Assembly: GCA_049510745.1 (NCBI GenBank)
Contig: JBEKYR010000041.1
Span: forward strand, 1-50,055
Reading direction: 5' to 3'
Length of the DNA stretch: 50,055 nucleotides
Origin: Verrucomicrobiota bacterium
GTDB taxonomy: Bacteria > Verrucomicrobiota > Verrucomicrobiia > Limisphaerales > Palsa-1400
A program made the translations under genes and the position numbers. Positions 46,739 through 50,055 of the stretch are shown piece by piece; positions within the stretch are counted from its first letter, which is position 1, and every line of letters starts with the position of its first letter. The notes beneath the pieces were generated by a model. It was not told where the DNA came from. It was given only the letters and a program-made list of their open reading frames with translations, and did no database searches.

Positions 46739-49729
46739 TTACGGGATATACACCGCCCGATAAAACTGCTGTGAATAGTCAGCCGCGTTGGTCAGTGTAA
46801 AGGTGAACGGCGCGAGGTTCGTTTGACACGGCAGCCAGTTGGCCAAATCGGCGGACGCCTCGATCACGTATTCATACCCGGCCACGCCCGTCACGTTGAA
46901 ACTGAATTGTCCGCCGCTGAGTGTCGCCGCGCTCAATGCCGGCGCGGGGAATGGATTCAACGCCGGCGCGAATTTCACGGCGCGAAACAACTCGTTGGGC
47001 GGGCACGACGCCAGCGTGAGGGCGGCGGATCCCGCTCCCGTATCCGTGATGGCGATGAGGCGATTGGCCGCCGTTTCCGCCGTGACCGCGTAAATGACGG
47101 GGTAGGCGCCGCTGAAATCCACGGTCAAACTGCGCGCCCCGATCCCGGCCGCGCCGCTGCCCAAAACATAGGCCTTCGTCCACGTCCCGCCGGAAAACTG
47201 CCAGCACTGAATGCCGCCGTTGCTGGAATCGTCGGCGACGTAGGCCAGATTGGTCGCGGCGTTGATGGCGAAATCCTCCGGGCTGGAGGAACTGCCGGTG
47301 GCGAAAAGCAAATTGGTGACAGCCGTGGTCGTGGGCAGGCCGCCCAGGGAATAAAGGCCGGCGGTCCCGCTTTGGGTGGAAAAAACCAGGCTGCCGTTCA
47401 CCACGTTGATGACACGGCAATTGGCCACCGAGTTTTGCACCGTCCCCGCCGCGGCGGCATTGCCGAAGTAATAAGTTCCGCCGGCGGAACCCGCGCCCCA
47501 AAAATTATCGCTGCCATCGGTCGCGCCGGCACGGAGGTTGGCGGCGCTGTATTGAACACTGGTCGAAGCCGCCAACGTATAATTGCCCGCGCCGTCAATC
47601 GTTCCGATCACCCTCGGCACAGCCGAGGAGGCGGACGAAGAAAGCGAACTGGTCAGGACCCCGCGATTGGTGCTGTATCCGGCGACGGCCAGCAAGCGGC
47701 CATCTCCCGAAAGCGTCATGTAGCCCTCGGAAGTCGCCACGCCGCTGATGAGCAAGGAGGACGCGCCGCTGTCGGGCAGGGCCATCGTGCTCACATAAGC
47801 GCCGTTGAAGGCGAACTGATCCAGGAACAGCGTGTTGCCCGAGTTGATCAGCGTTTGCGCACCGTCACCCACGCGCAAGACCACCAAGTTGGACGGGAAA
47901 AACGTGGTCTGGGCCGGGGCGACGATCACCATTGCCGTGGCGCTGGTCACCGCGCCGTAAGTGCCCGAAATCACCACCGCATAGCTGCCGGACTGCCCGG
48001 CCACCGCGTTGCTTGAAAGGAACAGACTGTTGCTGGCGCCGGAAATGTCCGCGCCGTTCAGAGTCCATTGGTAAGTCAGTTGTGTGCCGATGGCTCCGAC
48101 GGACAAGCTGATCGTGTCGCCAGCCAGATAAGTGCGGCCCGTGGGTTGGGCAGTGAGCCAGGGGTCCGCGACCGTGAGAATGGCCGGCGTGGAATTGGTC
48201 GCGCCGCCCGCGTTGGTGATCGTCACCGTGTAGCTCCCGGCGCTGTCGCCGAAAACATTCGACAGCGTCAATGTCGGCGTGGTCGAACCAATAATGAACG
48301 CGCTGTCCGTCAAATTGGTGTTGTTTAACTGCCATTGATAAGAAAGGGACATGCCCGTGGCGGCGACGGAAAAGACCGCCGTGTCGCCGGCGTTGACCGC
48401 GAGGCCGGCCGGTTCCGCCGTAATGACCGGCGCGGGTGGCGGCACGTTGGAGGAATTGATGGTCAGAGTGGCGCTGGACAGGGCCGTGCCCCACGCATTG
48501 CTGATCAACACTTCAACCGGAAAACTCTCCGGCGGTTCATTGGTCGTTGCCAGCGTGAAGCTGGCGTTGGTTTCCCAGTCGGTGAGGGGCGTCGAATTGG
48601 ATTCCCACAAATAATAGAGCGTCCCGGTGCCCGTGGCGGTGACGGCCAGCAAAGCATCCTGCCCCTGGTCCACCGTCTGAGACTGCAACGGGCCGGAAAT
48701 GGACGGCGGGCTGCCTTGGGGAGAAAACTGGACCCCGCGAAAAACCTCGTTGGCGGCTGCGGTGGCCAGCACCGTCACCACCGCGCTGGAATTGGTATCG
48801 GTAATGGCAATCAGGCGATTAGCCGAGGTTTCCGTAGTCGTGGCGTAGATGACCGGCGGCTGTCCGAAGGCGACCGCCAGGCCGCGCGCCCCATTCGTCG
48901 AACCGGCGGCGAGGGTGTAAGCCAAGCCCCAGGCCCCATTGTTGGTGTATTTCTGAATTCCCCCGCCCGAGGAAGGCGCCCTGTCATCGGCCACATAAGC
49001 GATCGTATTTTCCGGGCTGATGGCGAATCCGTAAATGCTGGAACCGGAGCCGGTGCCGAAAAGCAGCGCGGCGCTGCTATTGGTGGTCACGGGCAGGCCG
49101 GCAACGGAATAGACGCCGGGCGTTGACTTCTGTGAGGAAAAGCAAAGGTTGCCGTTGAAAATATTGACGACCTCGCTGTTGGCAAGCGTGCTCTGGACGG
49201 TGGCGGGCGGCGAGGCCAGGCCCATGTAAACGAGGCCGCTGACGGCTCCAACTGCCCAGAAATTATTCGATCCATCGGACACTCCGCTGCGAATGTTATT
49301 TTTGGTGAAGGCGTTCGTGGTGTTGGTGATGAAAGCATAATTCCCGTTGAAATCAATAGTGGCGATGCCTCGGGGCACGTTCGTCGAGGCGGAGCTGGGC
49401 AAGCCACTGCCATAGAGAAGGTTTGTGTTGTAACCGACCATGACGATGAAATTGCTGTTGGCCGAGCGGCTGATGGCCCCTTCCGAGCTGGCCGACCCGA
49501 TGATGAGCGAGGTGGCGCCGTTGGTGGGGATGGCGATGGAATTGGTCAGTATCCCGTTGGTGGTGTATTCATCCAGAAACACGGGATCGCCTGAAGTGGC
49601 CAGGCTTGCAGTCCCATTGCCGATGCGCAGCACGCTGAGATTGCCGGGTTCGAATCCGGGGGTGATTTGAGCATGGGCCAGGACACCAGAGAGGCACGAG
49701 GCCAAGACAATAAGTTTATTTATTTTCAC
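46739..49729 (-). CDS. Secreted protein with two propeller-like modules, Ig domains and an FYR C-terminal domain
   Basis: Repeats 'NLSVLRIGNG...FLDEY' / 'NLVVLRVGDG...FLDQF'; Ig 'YQW...GSY.V'; ends 'QQFYRAVYIP'. Confidence 0.85.
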   Translation of the reverse strand: MKINKLIVLASCLSGVLAHAQITPGFEPGNLSVLRIGNGTASLATSGDPVFLDEYTTNGILTNSIAIPTNGATSLIIGSASSEGAISRSANSNFIVMVGYNTNLLYGSGLPSSASTNVPRGIATIDFNGNYAFITNTTNAFTKNNIRSGVSDGSNNFWAVGAVSGLVYMGLASPPATVQSTLANSEVVNIFNGNLCFSSQKSTPGVYSVAGLPVTTNSSAALLFGTGSGSSIYGFAISPENTIAYVADDRAPSSGGGIQKYTNNGAWGLAYTLAAGSTNGARGLAVAFGQPPVIYATTTETSANRLIAITDTNSSAVVTVLATAAANEVFRGVQFSPQGSPPSISGPLQSQTVDQGQDALLAVTATGTGTLYYLWESNSTPLTDWETNASFTLATTNEPPESFPVEVLISNAWGTALSSATLTINSSNVPPPAPVITAEPAGLAVNAGDTAVFSVAATGMSLSYQWQLNNTNLTDSAFIIGSTTPTLTLSNVFGDSAGSYTVTITNAGGATNSTPAILTVADPWLTAQPTGRTYLAGDTISLSVGAIGTQLTYQWTLNGADISGASNSLFLSSNAVAGQSGSYAVVISGTYGAVTSATAMVIVAPAQTTFFPSNLVVLRVGDGAQTLINSGNTLFLDQFAFNGAYVSTMALPDSGASSLLISGVATSEGYMTLSGDGRLLAVAGYSTNRGVLTSSLSSSASSAVPRVIGTIDGAGNYTLAASTSVQYSAANLRAGATDGSDNFWGAGSAGGTYYFGNAAAAGTVQNSVANCRVINVVNGSLVFSTQSGTAGLYSLGGLPTTTAVTNLLFATGSSSSPEDFAINAATNLAYVADDSSNGGIQCWQFSGGTWTKAYVLGSGAAGIGARSLTVDFSGAYPVIYAVTAETAANRLIAITDTGAGSAALTLASCPPNELFRAVKFAPALNPFPAPALSAATLSGGQFSFNVTGVAGYEYVIEASADLANWLPCQTNLAPFTFTLTNAADYSQQFYRAVYIP

Positions 49730-49785
49730 AGGTTTATCTCCTTCAATGAATCTTATAGCACGCTAACAGGCATGGGAAGGAAAAT

Positions 49786-50055
49786 TCATTGCGCCATGAG
49801 GCGGAAGAATTGGGCGGTGGCGTTGGTGGGCGGAATGGTCAAGTAGAACGCTCCGTTGCTGCCGGCGGCCGGGTTGGTGACCAGGCTCCAGGCAACCGGC
49901 GGCGCCAGGTTGGTGGCGACGTATAATTGAAAACCCGGCGACGGCGACGGCCAGGAAAGGACCAGTTGATGGGCCGAGGAAACCTGGATGTTCATCACCG
50001 GCGTGTTGGTCGGCGTGCCCAGCGCGGTGGCGGCAAAGCTCAGGTTGTCAATCGC
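49786..50055 (-). CDS. C-terminal part of a secreted protein (runs off the window)
   Basis: Open frame to the window edge; 'LVLSWP...FQLYVATNL...W...AQFFRLMAQ'. Confidence 0.8.
   Translation of the reverse strand, partial: AIDNLSFAATALGTPTNTPVMNIQVSSAHQLVLSWPSPSPGFQLYVATNLAPPVAWSLVTNPAAGSNGAFYLTIPPTNATAQFFRLMAQ

Overview
GC-rich bacterial chromosomal window, most consistent with Verrucomicrobiota subdivision 3 (Pedosphaera/Limisphaera-like); this is inferred from the Ig-domain secreted proteins ending in an F(Y/F)R domain, a PEP-CTERM protein and the REP style. Housekeeping genes (dprA, rph, transketolase, tRNA-Arg(CCG), trpF, tag, trpB, xseA, purC, a XerD-like recombinase, a Dus enzyme, a GH3 glycosidase) alternate with lower-GC accessory patches. 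Main observations: (1) a family of short GGGGTCA/TGACCCC-type end motifs terminates an internally deleted HUH (Y1) transposase and also sits at the edges of most of the accessory patches, suggesting a Y1-associated cassette system; (2) a tightly coupled operon of ECF sigma, a small protein, a rhomboid-fold protein lacking catalytic residues, a PflX-like radical SAM enzyme, a second small protein and a Ycf46-like AAA ATPase; (3) a 2.3-kb MNT/HEPN + DUF3883 + Vsr island between 198-bp direct repeats of an epimerase 5' end whose coding differences are all synonymous; (4) a ~103-bp direct repeat bracketing an HRDC-gene fragment, a secreted protein and a cca 3' fragment; (5) several heptamer-periodic hairpin elements. 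Protein family calls come from motif recognition by eye, not from database searches, and GC statements are qualitative.
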